Assembly (NCBI GenBank): GCA_964370865.1
Contig: CAYJKF010000002.1
Location: forward strand, 20,719-84,718
From: an uncultured Candidatus Saccharibacteria bacterium
GTDB lineage: Bacteria; Patescibacteriota; WWE3; 2-01-FULL-39-13
Direction: 5' to 3'
Length of the DNA: 64,000 nucleotides
Shown here: positions 39,572-49,447 of the stretch, piece by piece
Position numbering within the stretch: the first letter of the stretch is position 1
How the letters are laid out: each line of letters begins with the position of its first letter
Program-made: the position numbers and the translations under genes
Notes under the pieces: model-generated
What the model was told of the DNA's origin: nothing
Seen by the model: the letters and a program-made list of their open reading frames with translations, nothing else
Database searches by the model: none

Positions 39572-40240
39572 TTGCAACGAATGCTTACTATTGTGTATAC
39601 TGCGTGCATTATGAGTACGAATAGCAATGAGAGATTACAACCAACGTTAGATGTTAGTGGTTTGCAAAGGATGCTATTAACCCCTAGCTGGGCACGACTG
39701 CTGGGTTCATTTCTTGGATATAATAACCCAGAACGTAGAGAAGCGACTGGGAAAAGGTTTATAGGTCCTTCAACTCAACCAACTTTTACTCCTTGCACTT
39801 ATTCGACTGAACGTGGAGTTATATTTAATGGATATCGTGCAGAAGTTTGCACAAACAGAGAATATGGTATCAGCATGGGCGAGTATGTGAGACCTGTTTC
39901 TCTTGGATACGCTCAATTGGCAAGAATAAATAAATCACCTGACGAATTGTTTATTATTGATGCTATTTCTCGTTTTTCAATACCATCTCGTTTAACTATA
40001 ACTAGACCAATTAAAGGAGATTTGGTTGCAGTTAGTTATAATTCTGAGGATATCCAAAGAACATATTTTGTTGATTTAGTAACAGAGAACCTTAAGGCGG
40101 TCGTAGTGGGAAAGTATGGGACACAAGAGCAACTTAGTGATTCTCCCGAAGATCATTATGACGTGTTAGGAGAAATTTCGAGAATTTGTGAAGACGTATT
40201 CAGCTTTGAACGTCTCCCATTAGATAATCAACAGGTCTAA
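39572..40240 (+). CDS. Hypothetical soluble protein (222 aa), oppositely oriented orphan with elevated GC
   Basis: No TM or signal peptide. GC ~40-45% at its 5' end versus ~33-36% in flanks. Flanked by minus-strand genes with 16-nt and -4-nt spacing. Confidence 0.5.
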   Translation: MQRMLTIVYTACIMSTNSNERLQPTLDVSGLQRMLLTPSWARLLGSFLGYNNPERREATGKRFIGPSTQPTFTPCTYSTERGVIFNGYRAEVCTNREYGISMGEYVRPVSLGYAQLARINKSPDELFIIDAISRFSIPSRLTITRPIKGDLVAVSYNSEDIQRTYFVDLVTENLKAVVVGKYGTQEQLSDSPEDHYDVLGEISRICEDVFSFERLPLDNQQV

Positions 40241-42234
40241 TTGCTGAGTGATTTATCTATAGCAACTACATCTTTTTCACTTGTATAGAACTTAACTTCT
40301 CCTTCAATCTTTTTGTCTAAAATAAGTTTGTTTAAATGTTCGTCCAATGTTGAAGTTTTATTTTCATCCTTATTAATAAAGTATTCTGTGGGATTACTTA
40401 ATGAATACAAAATAATATTATTTGAATTATTTATATCAACGAAAAATGGGACATTGACAGAATCATTTAGATTAATATATTGATAGTTATTCAAATTCGT
40501 AATCGATATATTCACGTTACCTTCTTCTGAGTGTAGATGAAGAATGCTTCCTGGAATAATATTTCTTACAGGAATGGTAAATATCTTAGTGTCACCGATA
40601 GTTGTACATCCAGGGTAACGTAAAACCGTTTTCGATTCGAGTACCTCGGATTTATATCTATTAAGTTTAATTTTCTGAGGATTAGTGTTTGCGCATTCAA
40701 CCGTAAATTCGATTTGCGCTACTTCAGAACCATTATTCTGGTTTTCATCTACATATATAATTGAGGTTTGTGCCTCGGTTGCTAGATATGGTATTAGTCT
40801 TGGTTTAGATGCGATTGATTTTATTGTATCTTCAGTCTCTTCTTTCGGTATTATATAAAAATCGCTTGGTGGGTTTTCAAGAAATTTATCACTTTTTGTG
40901 TTAGTTATCTCAGCGTAACGTGGATGATAAAGTAAAAACTGATTGGCAAACACTGGATACATGTTATTTGGTTCGCGCCTTAAGGTTATAAATGGTTTTT
41001 CACCCTCAAGAATCTCAATTATTGGATAGAACACAACTTGAGCATCAAAGTCGAATATTTTATTTGTCGTTTGAGATACATTGGCCTTTTTAAATGCAAC
41101 TAGGCCGTAAGAAGTCAAAGCTATTCCAAAGAATAGTAAAAAATAAAGTATTCTCTTACTGAGAGAAACATTTTGAAAGGCTGAAATGTTTATTTTAAGA
41201 AGGATAATAACTGATAGTGTGGTGAGGGTTGCAGGTATCACAAAAGCCACTTTTAGAAATATCATTGAACTTATGGCAAGTAAAATTAAAAGTCCAAGGA
41301 GAATTTTAGAAACGTGTTTTTGTTTTATTTGTTTATTTGAGAATTTATCAAATGACATTGCAAATAGTTTCATAGCGTAGGGTACTGCTATCACGAACAC
41401 CAATCCAATAATAAGCTGAAATATTATAGCTAGAGCCAAATCAACGTCATTCTTATTGCGGAAGGCATTAAGAATAAAGCTTTTTGTATTAATCTTTGAG
41501 AGGATTGTCCATATAAATCTTGGATCAATATCTCCACGTTCACGGTAAGAAATTAGTGAAGCTAGCCTAATTAATGAAAATATTGCAAGCGCTGTTATTA
41601 CAGTCACATAGGGTCTTATATGATCAAACGTTCTTTGAGTATCGATGTAAAATTTTGTTAAGAGCAATTTACAGCAATTAATATTGAGTGCACTTTTTGT
41701 TGTTGTAAGTATTACTCCTAGTGATAAAGCTACGATTAAGAATATAACTAATGCATAACTAGTGGTCTCTTTAATTACAAGATCTACAAATGGAACTGAC
41801 CTTGGCCGATTTCCGATTGTGATTGAAGTATATGAGTTTGAAAGACCATCAAAGTAATTATTAATTTTTGATGAGTATTCATCAATTAACAGATAATCGA
41901 TTGGTATTGAGTATGTTACGCGGTTTTCTAATCCGTTCTTTACGATAACTGCATCTTGTTTATTAATTTCATCGTAGAAATTCAGGCTTTCCCTTTCTCC
42001 TTCAACTTCTACAAGTTCCTTCTCATAAAATCTGAATTCTATACGTTGGTTCGTTTTTACTTCAATATAGGAGTTATTTTCTTGATTCTCTGATAACGGT
42101 GCATCAATGACTTCAAAGCCCCAGTCTTCTACGCGTGATTCAAAATAATTTACTGGATAGGATTGAGCATTTGCACTGCGCACGCTTAGGAGCGTTAGCA
42201 AGCTAGTTATGCTAATTATTAAAAATCTTTTCAT
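40237..42234 (-). CDS. Secreted/membrane protein: signal peptide, N-terminal extracytoplasmic domain, ~7 TMs, ~270 aa C-terminal extracytoplasmic domain
   Basis: MKRFLIISITSLLTLLSVRSANAQ signal. Central hydrophobic block. Last gene of the long minus-strand operon. Confidence 0.55.
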   Translation of the reverse strand: MKRFLIISITSLLTLLSVRSANAQSYPVNYFESRVEDWGFEVIDAPLSENQENNSYIEVKTNQRIEFRFYEKELVEVEGERESLNFYDEINKQDAVIVKNGLENRVTYSIPIDYLLIDEYSSKINNYFDGLSNSYTSITIGNRPRSVPFVDLVIKETTSYALVIFLIVALSLGVILTTTKSALNINCCKLLLTKFYIDTQRTFDHIRPYVTVITALAIFSLIRLASLISYRERGDIDPRFIWTILSKINTKSFILNAFRNKNDVDLALAIIFQLIIGLVFVIAVPYAMKLFAMSFDKFSNKQIKQKHVSKILLGLLILLAISSMIFLKVAFVIPATLTTLSVIILLKINISAFQNVSLSKRILYFLLFFGIALTSYGLVAFKKANVSQTTNKIFDFDAQVVFYPIIEILEGEKPFITLRREPNNMYPVFANQFLLYHPRYAEITNTKSDKFLENPPSDFYIIPKEETEDTIKSIASKPRLIPYLATEAQTSIIYVDENQNNGSEVAQIEFTVECANTNPQKIKLNRYKSEVLESKTVLRYPGCTTIGDTKIFTIPVRNIIPGSILHLHSEEGNVNISITNLNNYQYINLNDSVNVPFFVDINNSNNIILYSLSNPTEYFINKDENKTSTLDEHLNKLILDKKIEGEVKFYTSEKDVVAIDKSLSN

Positions 42235-42640
42235 ATAATAAGTCTTTAAACACTCCCATTACTAATAGTAAATAGCATAGCACTCCAAGAAATTCAGATA
42301 TTTGATTCATCCTCGCTGTGGAGAATATTGCCGCACCAACTAAGAAAAATAAAGATAGTCCGTATATATATTTTCTATCTACTATAAAACCGTATAAAAA
42401 CGCCCAAATACAAAATAGTACAAGTAGATAGTTAATGGCAAATTTCATGATTCCGATCTCGAAAGCCATTATTGGAAGGGTTGTGGCTAGTAGAGTGGCG
42501 GTTATCCATTCATATCTTATATGAATTCTGTCCGTGAATTGTAGTAGTTCTTTCTTGAAAATGACTAGAGCTATGACAAGAAGGCTTATTAATGCTATAA
42601 ACATCAATATCATTATACTTTTGTGAGGTATCTTAATCAA
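42212..42640 (-). CDS. Small 4-TM membrane protein (hypothetical)
   Basis: 142 aa, hydrophobic throughout. Overlaps both neighbours by a few nt, consistent with translational coupling. Confidence 0.45.
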   Translation of the reverse strand: MIKIPHKSIMILMFIALISLLVIALVIFKKELLQFTDRIHIRYEWITATLLATTLPIMAFEIGIMKFAINYLLVLFCIWAFLYGFIVDRKYIYGLSLFFLVGAAIFSTARMNQISEFLGVLCYLLLVMGVFKDLLYEKIFNN

Positions 42641-44321
42641 ATGAAGGAGCTGGTGTTTGACAGTCGTACATAGAAATATTTGGCTTAATGCTGTAAATAG
42701 TTGAGAAATCTTCTTCGATATCTGTTTCTTTCACTACCAAGTTTGTTCGTAATATATCTTCACGTTGCTGTGTGTATGGCTTGTTTTCTCGTCCTAATAG
42801 AAGAATATGTGTCACACCAAGATTACGAGCCTCAAGAATTCCTTCGCAAGTAGTAATTTTATCTGTAAAACTTTCTGAATCAAATTGGAATTCTGCTGAA
42901 ACATATCCACGAGGGTTTATGAATGTTCGTTTATGTTCTTTAATCCAAAATAACATTACGTTACTATCTTCAGGTGGAAATAATGCAAAAACAGCATTTT
43001 CTGTAGTATTTTCTTTAATGTATGTAAATATTTTTGGAGGTGTTGAAACATCTGTAATTTGAATTGGGACTATAAATTCGCTTACGGCAATTAGGAATAT
43101 TATTCCTACAGTAATATATGCAACAGTTTTATTTTTGATTCGTTCGAAAATTTCTTTATACCCAAATCCAGAGAATAGTATTGTTATAAGTCCAACTAAT
43201 ATTGAAAGCCTCACGATTGATCTAAACATAGGAAATACCAAATACATCAAATAGCTTGGTAAATATAAAGTGAATCCTTTAAGTGTAATGTAAGGTGGAA
43301 GCGTAATTACAAAAATTATTAAGGCAATAAAGGCTAATCGTTTTAGGATTATTCGTTTTTCTTCATCTGCTTTTTTTAGTCTAAATACGTGGTAAAACCC
43401 AAGGAAAGCCATCATGATATTTGTGATTCCGAGGAATGAAGCTGAATGTTCCCTCATAAAATAGTTCTGTGTTAACCAGTGGCCTACGTCATTTTGGAGA
43501 TAGTCGACAACATTTGTTGTTAATTTCCCGTAGAATGGATTGTCGACTGGCCATAATATGTAATACCATGGTCTTGATGAGAAGTAAAAGAAATCCTCCA
43601 GCGGACGTTTTAAGGTGTAAGGGTTTGATTCAATTGTGTTCTCATTTTTCGCTAGTTTCCAGCTGTCACCAATAACATTTACTTCTTTGCCATCTACTAG
43701 AACCGTTTTTTCTCCAATAGATTGAGCTGGGACTCCTATGGTGTTGTAGTAAATATATGGTGCTAGGAATATTCCTGTAATAATTCCACCTGTGATAAAG
43801 GCGATGAGAGTTTTGGTGAAAAGCCGTTTAAAATCGAAAAGGGTGTAGAGTCCTATAAAAATTATAAGAAAATAACCATAATAGTTTGAAAATAAAATTG
43901 TAATTGCAAGGATGATTCCTAGAATTACAGCAGATTTATAGTTTTTAAGTTTTGAAATTGTATAAGAAATGCCCCAAATTAACGGCCAAATAGCAAAGAG
44001 CGCTGGATGGTTTTGGAGTTTGAAAAGCAGAAAAGGAGAGAGATTGAATAACAAGGTGAGGCATATAGTGAGTTTCTTATCCTTGAAAAAATATTTGTAA
44101 AAGTTATATGAAAAATAAAGGTTAAGTCCGAGTGTAAATCCAATAAACAAAGGTAATGTATAAATTGGATCAATAAACCTATTTGCGAGTAGCATTGGAA
44201 GATAAGTTAAAAGTTCTTGTGTATAGAATGATAGTTTCGAGAATATGTAGACTAATGGATAGTCTTGAGTAGATAAATATAACCCAGCATTGTCTTCGAT
44301 TAAGCCAATAATAAAGTTCAT
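42633..44321 (-). CDS. Polytopic membrane protein with internal and C-terminal soluble domains (probable GT-C-like)
   Basis: 562 aa, ~10 TMs. C-terminal domain ends in a Cys pair (CEGIL ... YDCQTP). Confidence 0.45.
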   Translation of the reverse strand: MNFIIGLIEDNAGLYLSTQDYPLVYIFSKLSFYTQELLTYLPMLLANRFIDPIYTLPLFIGFTLGLNLYFSYNFYKYFFKDKKLTICLTLLFNLSPFLLFKLQNHPALFAIWPLIWGISYTISKLKNYKSAVILGIILAITILFSNYYGYFLIIFIGLYTLFDFKRLFTKTLIAFITGGIITGIFLAPYIYYNTIGVPAQSIGEKTVLVDGKEVNVIGDSWKLAKNENTIESNPYTLKRPLEDFFYFSSRPWYYILWPVDNPFYGKLTTNVVDYLQNDVGHWLTQNYFMREHSASFLGITNIMMAFLGFYHVFRLKKADEEKRIILKRLAFIALIIFVITLPPYITLKGFTLYLPSYLMYLVFPMFRSIVRLSILVGLITILFSGFGYKEIFERIKNKTVAYITVGIIFLIAVSEFIVPIQITDVSTPPKIFTYIKENTTENAVFALFPPEDSNVMLFWIKEHKRTFINPRGYVSAEFQFDSESFTDKITTCEGILEARNLGVTHILLLGRENKPYTQQREDILRTNLVVKETDIEEDFSTIYSIKPNISMYDCQTPAPSFD

Positions 44322-46312
44322 TTACTTGATTCTATCTTATTTTTGGTTGGGAATAGAATTAGGGCGGAAATAATTATAAAAAATACTCCTGATATTATTA
44401 GTCCAACTTTGTGATAAACATCAGGTATATATTGAATATACAGGTCACCTGGTGATTTAGACGCGTATTTTATATTAAATTCTTGCAACCCGCTTACATT
44501 AGGTTTTGAGTCAACGTTGCTTAGCCAATTCTGTCTTAAAAATGTTTCCATAAGAGAAGAATTCGTGGTTATTCTCCAATTAGGGTCATATTTCACAGGC
44601 AGATAAAAAGTTGTTTCATGGTTAGTTAAATTAATTCTATACAGATTAAAAAATTCTCGAGTAAGGTTAATATTTTTATTTGTTCCGTAGTAATTATTTC
44701 TTAAAACAAGGTAATCATCGTTATGTAAAACTGTTGTATATGCATCTGGTCTATCAAGACTTAGAGTACGAATTTTTGCAGTATCACCGACATTATCAAA
44801 TTCTTCATCATCCATTGCAATTACGTATTTTATGTCAGCTTCAGTAAGGAGTTGTATAAATTCATCTTGAGTAATTATTTCGTAATCTCGACGATCAACT
44901 GAAGGGTATTGATTTTTATATTGGATTGCTAAATCTGAGAATGACACACGCGGTTTATCGTTTTGATAATACGACCACCGTGAAAATCTAGGAACCAATA
45001 ATGTATTAAATTGATTTATGTCATTTTTTATAACAGGATTTATTTCGTTATACATTTGAGGAATATCAGTAGGTATGTGTACACCGCCAATTTTGCCAGA
45101 AATTAAAGGGGTAGCATTTATCAGAACAGAAAACAGAGTAATTCCAAGAAGAATATTAGTAACTTTACTCGATTTATTGTATGCGAAAGTGCCTAACATA
45201 CCGATAAAACCGATGACAAGTAAAGTGAAGAATTTTGAAGCCTCACGATACATTACAAAGAAGGGTAGATTATTAAAAAGCCATTTATATGTCTCGCTGT
45301 AGGGATTCCCTGATTGTTTCGTTAGAAAAACACCAATGATAAATAAAACTGCAAAGAGTCCAAAAAGTTTAGTTTTTCTGGGATTTATGTTTTTGTTACC
45401 TAGTGATATCCATAATAAATAAATTATTAAAATCGGAATAAACCAATATAGCCCAATTATTATGTTGTTTTTGAATGGGGTGAGGCCATTTAAGGTCCAA
45501 AAAGGATGAGTTATTGCTAGGGCGTAATTGATGTTTAAAAATTTATTGCCAAATAATTCTCGATTCATAAATGTTGAGTATGGATTTGAGCTTGCCATTG
45601 CAGCGGGTAATAGCCAAAAAATACTTATCAAGAGGCTTCCAATTATCGATAAGAGACCACGGTTTTTTAATGTTTCTTTCCATTTATTTGAAAAATTAAA
45701 AAATATATAAGAAGTGAAAATAATTAAATAAATTCCGAAGATTCTTATTTCAAAAAAACTTATTAACAGTGTGGTTATAAAGTTTAAAAATAGAAATAAA
45801 TTTCCTTTTAATTGTGATCGATAAAGACAATACTTGTCATAAAAATATAAAGATAATGGTATTAAATTTATCGCTGAATAAAGGGTTAAATGACCAGTAG
45901 AAAGTGTTAGGAGATATGTATTTAGGACCATAAATAATGCTGATATAATGCCTAGTAAAATGGACTTAGATTTATCTTTAACCCAAAGAAATACTCCCCA
46001 AAATGCAGCTATTAAGCCTGGAATTATAAACACTAATCGTGCGATTATGTCCGGATTAATTCCTGATTTGGCTAATGATGAAATTAAATACAGAATGGGT
46101 TTCAACCAAATTCCTGATGATCCAGTTCCTAGATTAGTTGGTTCGTAAACACCCACGTATCCAAATTCTGCGCCATTTTCTGCGCTAAAATGATACCAAT
46201 CTCCGCTAGATAATGTCTCGGAGCTCAAAGTCCATGTGCTAAATAAAAGCAATACTAAAATGAATGTAATGAATGGAATAATTTTTGCAAATATTTGTAA
46301 ATTTATTTTCAT
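44318..46312 (-). CDS. Large polytopic membrane protein (probable GT-C-like), 664 aa
   Basis: N-terminal signal anchor, then >10 TMs, ~230 aa C-terminal soluble domain, final TM. Confidence 0.45.
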   Translation of the reverse strand: MKINLQIFAKIIPFITFILVLLLFSTWTLSSETLSSGDWYHFSAENGAEFGYVGVYEPTNLGTGSSGIWLKPILYLISSLAKSGINPDIIARLVFIIPGLIAAFWGVFLWVKDKSKSILLGIISALFMVLNTYLLTLSTGHLTLYSAINLIPLSLYFYDKYCLYRSQLKGNLFLFLNFITTLLISFFEIRIFGIYLIIFTSYIFFNFSNKWKETLKNRGLLSIIGSLLISIFWLLPAAMASSNPYSTFMNRELFGNKFLNINYALAITHPFWTLNGLTPFKNNIIIGLYWFIPILIIYLLWISLGNKNINPRKTKLFGLFAVLFIIGVFLTKQSGNPYSETYKWLFNNLPFFVMYREASKFFTLLVIGFIGMLGTFAYNKSSKVTNILLGITLFSVLINATPLISGKIGGVHIPTDIPQMYNEINPVIKNDINQFNTLLVPRFSRWSYYQNDKPRVSFSDLAIQYKNQYPSVDRRDYEIITQDEFIQLLTEADIKYVIAMDDEEFDNVGDTAKIRTLSLDRPDAYTTVLHNDDYLVLRNNYYGTNKNINLTREFFNLYRINLTNHETTFYLPVKYDPNWRITTNSSLMETFLRQNWLSNVDSKPNVSGLQEFNIKYASKSPGDLYIQYIPDVYHKVGLIISGVFFIIISALILFPTKNKIESSK

Positions 46313-47067
46313 TTACTTTTAAATGTAGATGTTTTCTTGGAAATGACGATAAAGTTTTCTCCGAAGGAAGGTAAGTAGGTTCCAAGGAATTCGCCTACAA
46401 TTCCTATATATTTATTAAAGAATCGGGACATTAGAATATAATTTGAGTAAGTTTTTATCACCTTAAAACCAGAACTCTCAATTTTCCTTGTTATTAGTGC
46501 TTTATTATATATTCGATAGTGGAACTCTGCATAAGCGAATCTTGGTAATTTTCCAAGTAACATTAAGAGCCTATTTCCAAACGAGACTAAATTTGGAGTT
46601 GTTATTATGAGTATTCCTCCATCTTTTAATACCCTATTAGTTTCAGAAAGAAAATAGCTGTCATCAGTTGTATGCTCTATCACTTCTCCTCCAAAGACTA
46701 TATCGAAAGTGTTATCGGCAAAGGGGAAATCTTCAATAAATGAACCTTTTGTGACTTTTATGCCTTTTTGAGTAGATTCTTCAATCGCTTTGTCCATAAA
46801 CTCTAGGCCATAACAATCAAATCCTATCTCTATCAGAGGTGCAGAAAATTCACCATCTGTGCAACCTATATCGAGTAATTTTCCCGAAGATATATTATTA
46901 TCTTTAAGGTATTTCCAAATTTTTGTATAGCGAGGATTATTTTTAATTTTCAGATAAGTATCATAACTGGCTTCCTGTTGTTTAATAATTTTATTATCCA
47001 AATTCATATATATATATATATAACTAAAGTTAACTATTTCGTAATTTACGAACCTCTCTAGCAACAT
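46309..47067 (-). CDS. Class I SAM-dependent methyltransferase. The start may be the Met at 47007, immediately adjacent to a (TA)8 tract.
   Basis: LLDIGCTDGEF (motif I), VFGGEVIEH, DGGILIITTPN. Confidence 0.75.
   Translation of the reverse strand: MLLERFVNYEIVNFSYIYIYMNLDNKIIKQQEASYDTYLKIKNNPRYTKIWKYLKDNNISSGKLLDIGCTDGEFSAPLIEIGFDCYGLEFMDKAIEESTQKGIKVTKGSFIEDFPFADNTFDIVFGGEVIEHTTDDSYFLSETNRVLKDGGILIITTPNLVSFGNRLLMLLGKLPRFAYAEFHYRIYNKALITRKIESSGFKVIKTYSNYILMSRFFNKYIGIVGEFLGTYLPSFGENFIVISKKTSTFKSK
47006..47022. repeat. (TA)8.5 dinucleotide simple-sequence repeat at the 5' end of a methyltransferase gene
   Basis: atatatatatatatata read directly. Longest dinucleotide tract in the window. Confidence 0.9.
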
Positions 47068-47866
47068 TATAACTGTACCTACTTGAAATTAAAGCTGTAG
47101 CCCAAAAACCTTTTTGTATCAAAAGATATGGTTTAAAAACCCCCTCCAATAGTATAGTAAGAAAGGAAAGAAAACCTGTTAAATATGGAATCCTATAAAT
47201 AAGGTCTTTCTTATTTCTTTCCTCTTGAATTTGAATAATATTAACATTATAGGTTTCCTTACCTTGCAAATCCTTAGAATGGTCTATTGCCTGTAATTTA
47301 CACCATTTAATAGTTTTACTCTTAAATGTCGAATTAGTGTAGTTATTATATAAAGGTTTGTGGTGAACAATATAAGGGACATTTTTCGATGTGCCATATA
47401 CCAATATTGGATGGTGAAATATATCAATCATGCCGATTTTTGATTTTTGAAAAAGAAAATTTTTATATGGCCACCCTTTGCTAATATATTTGGTACCGTC
47501 CCAAATTGGCCATATAAATCCATATGCGGCGACTTCTGAATCTTTTGTTAGTTCCTTTAAATGTTTCTTAAGCTCATCATCAAGGTATTCATCAGCGTCA
47601 ATTCTTAGCAGCCACGGATGTGAAGCTTGGTTAATCGCGAATATATAGTGAGATTCACCTATACCTTTATTTACATCCATTTCATATACGCGATTGGTAT
47701 ATTTTCGTGCTATGTTAAGCGTATTATCTTTACACGGGCCATCATGAATTACAATAATTTCATCTACGATTCCTTTCAAGCTACGTAGACACTGTTCTAT
47801 AAGTTTTTCCTCATGATAAGCTACGATAAATGCGGAAATGCCGTTCGAGATCACTTTTTCTTGCAT
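47030..47866 (-). CDS. GT2 family glycosyltransferase
   Basis: GISAFIVAYHEEKLIEQCL, RIDADEY (DXD), 278 aa. Confidence 0.7.
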   Translation of the reverse strand: MQEKVISNGISAFIVAYHEEKLIEQCLRSLKGIVDEIIVIHDGPCKDNTLNIARKYTNRVYEMDVNKGIGESHYIFAINQASHPWLLRIDADEYLDDELKKHLKELTKDSEVAAYGFIWPIWDGTKYISKGWPYKNFLFQKSKIGMIDIFHHPILVYGTSKNVPYIVHHKPLYNNYTNSTFKSKTIKWCKLQAIDHSKDLQGKETYNVNIIQIQEERNKKDLIYRIPYLTGFLSFLTILLEGVFKPYLLIQKGFWATALISSRYSYNVAREVRKLRNS

Positions 47867-48471
47867 TTGACAATTATACCTGTTGATAAGAGGGATTTCA
47901 GGAATGGGAATAAGGATATTATTGGTCCAAATACAGAAGCACCTCCTCGTAATTCAACCATCTCAAGGTTACAATTTTTTATTAATTCCAATGCGGTATC
48001 AAATGTATAAAGATGATAATGAGTCCTATCAAGAATACCGGAATCAGTATAGTTAAAATTCCCCAAAAGAAGATTAATTCGAATTTGCCAATTTGCAACA
48101 TTCGGAAGTGAAATGATAATAAAGCCTTCATCATCTAAATAGCTAGTAAAAAATCTTAAAACTTTCTCGGGCTCCGTGAGATGTTCCAACACATCAGCAA
48201 AAAGAATTACGTCAAATTTTACTGATTTTAATGATGGCTCGGTTGGATTGTTCAGGTCCATTAGTTCAACGTGTTTATATATTTTAGAGGCCTTACTAAG
48301 AGCAGTCTCAGAATAATCAATGCCATAAAATTCATTTGTTTTATCTGATTGTTCACCGATATATCCTTCATTACATCCAATATCTAAGATCTTTTTGTTG
48401 GATCCAATCATGTCTATTATTATTTTATGTGTGGAATATTTTGATAAATTTAGTTTGTAATTATTCTGCAT
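47851..48471 (-). CDS. Class I SAM-dependent methyltransferase
   Basis: ILDIGCNEGY, ILFADVLEHL, EGFIIISLPN. Confidence 0.75.
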   Translation of the reverse strand: MQNNYKLNLSKYSTHKIIIDMIGSNKKILDIGCNEGYIGEQSDKTNEFYGIDYSETALSKASKIYKHVELMDLNNPTEPSLKSVKFDVILFADVLEHLTEPEKVLRFFTSYLDDEGFIIISLPNVANWQIRINLLLGNFNYTDSGILDRTHYHLYTFDTALELIKNCNLEMVELRGGASVFGPIISLFPFLKSLLSTGIIVKCKKK

Positions 48472-49447
48472 GTTGTTTCAAATATAACATTAAGTGTTTC
48501 AATTTTAAGCTTCCCTTATACATTTTTTTCATTATTTCAAAATCACTTACCGTTCTTTTTTCTTGAATTATTTTTCGTTTAGCTAATATTGGTTTTATAT
48601 TTTTCAGATTATATATCCAACCCTGCGGATAGGTCATAGCAATTTTTGGTTTGAGAATAATTAGGAAAAATAACAATTCAAAAATATTAATTATTATGAA
48701 TACTGGCAGTACTATCAGAAGTGATAGTCTTGAATAGTTTTTAATTAACATTTGCATATTATTCTGATTACGCCAAACTGATGTTTTAGCGTTTATGGAA
48801 ATTTTGCGATTTGCCCCTGCATGGCAAATATATACATCATCTGAATATTGAAAACGTTTGTTATATAAATTGAGCCGCCAAAACCAATCTGTCTCTTCGA
48901 AGTACATAAAGAAATTACTATCAAGCCCTTCTGTATCTGAATACAATTTTTTGGTACAGAAAAGACACACTCCTGATAAATAAAATGGCTTGATATGTTT
49001 GAATTCGCTTCCAAATAAAAAGGTAGGGTATCCAAGTAAATCAATGGTACTTGTGTATCGCCCCAAAAACTCCCCATTAAACTTCTTTTCTTGAGGTGCA
49101 ATCACGTCCAATTTTTTGTTTTGGAATTCATCGTGTAGTTTTTTTACGAAGAAGTGATCTACTATAGTATCACTGTTAAGAATTAATACATATTCCCCTA
49201 GACTGTTTTCAATCCCGAGATTACAAGCGCTTGAGTAACCAAGATTTTTAGAATAAATGATTTTTATTCCGTTTATAACCCTAAGTACGTCACGGCTACC
49301 ATCACTAGATCCGCTATCTACGACAATTATTTCCAGGTTCTCATAAGTCTGATGTTTGAATGCTCCGATAAGATTAGCTAAATAATTAGCGCCACTGTAA
49401 TTTATAATGACAATCGAAATTAATTCGACTTGAGAGGTTTTTGACAT
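48461..49447 (-). CDS. GT2 family glycosyltransferase (rhamnosyltransferase-like) with a C-terminal TM
   Basis: ISIVIINYSGANYL, VVDSGSSDGS, ILNSDT. Confidence 0.7.
   Translation of the reverse strand: MSKTSQVELISIVIINYSGANYLANLIGAFKHQTYENLEIIVVDSGSSDGSRDVLRVINGIKIIYSKNLGYSSACNLGIENSLGEYVLILNSDTIVDHFFVKKLHDEFQNKKLDVIAPQEKKFNGEFLGRYTSTIDLLGYPTFLFGSEFKHIKPFYLSGVCLFCTKKLYSDTEGLDSNFFMYFEETDWFWRLNLYNKRFQYSDDVYICHAGANRKISINAKTSVWRNQNNMQMLIKNYSRLSLLIVLPVFIIINIFELLFFLIILKPKIAMTYPQGWIYNLKNIKPILAKRKIIQEKRTVSDFEIMKKMYKGSLKLKHLMLYLKQHAE

Noticed and set aside
39572-40240. Considered calling the orphan ORF a toxin/antitoxin or defence gene
   Set aside because: There are no recognisable motifs and no partner gene. 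Only composition and orientation are anomalous, so it is left as hypothetical.
41186-46148. Short plus-strand ORFs (41186-41380, 42772-43062, 43469-43675, 45075-45302, 45528-45710, 45948-46148) opposite the minus-strand membrane-protein genes
   Set aside because: All are antisense to long hydrophobic CDSs, 60-96 aa, with no start-site context. Presumed spurious.
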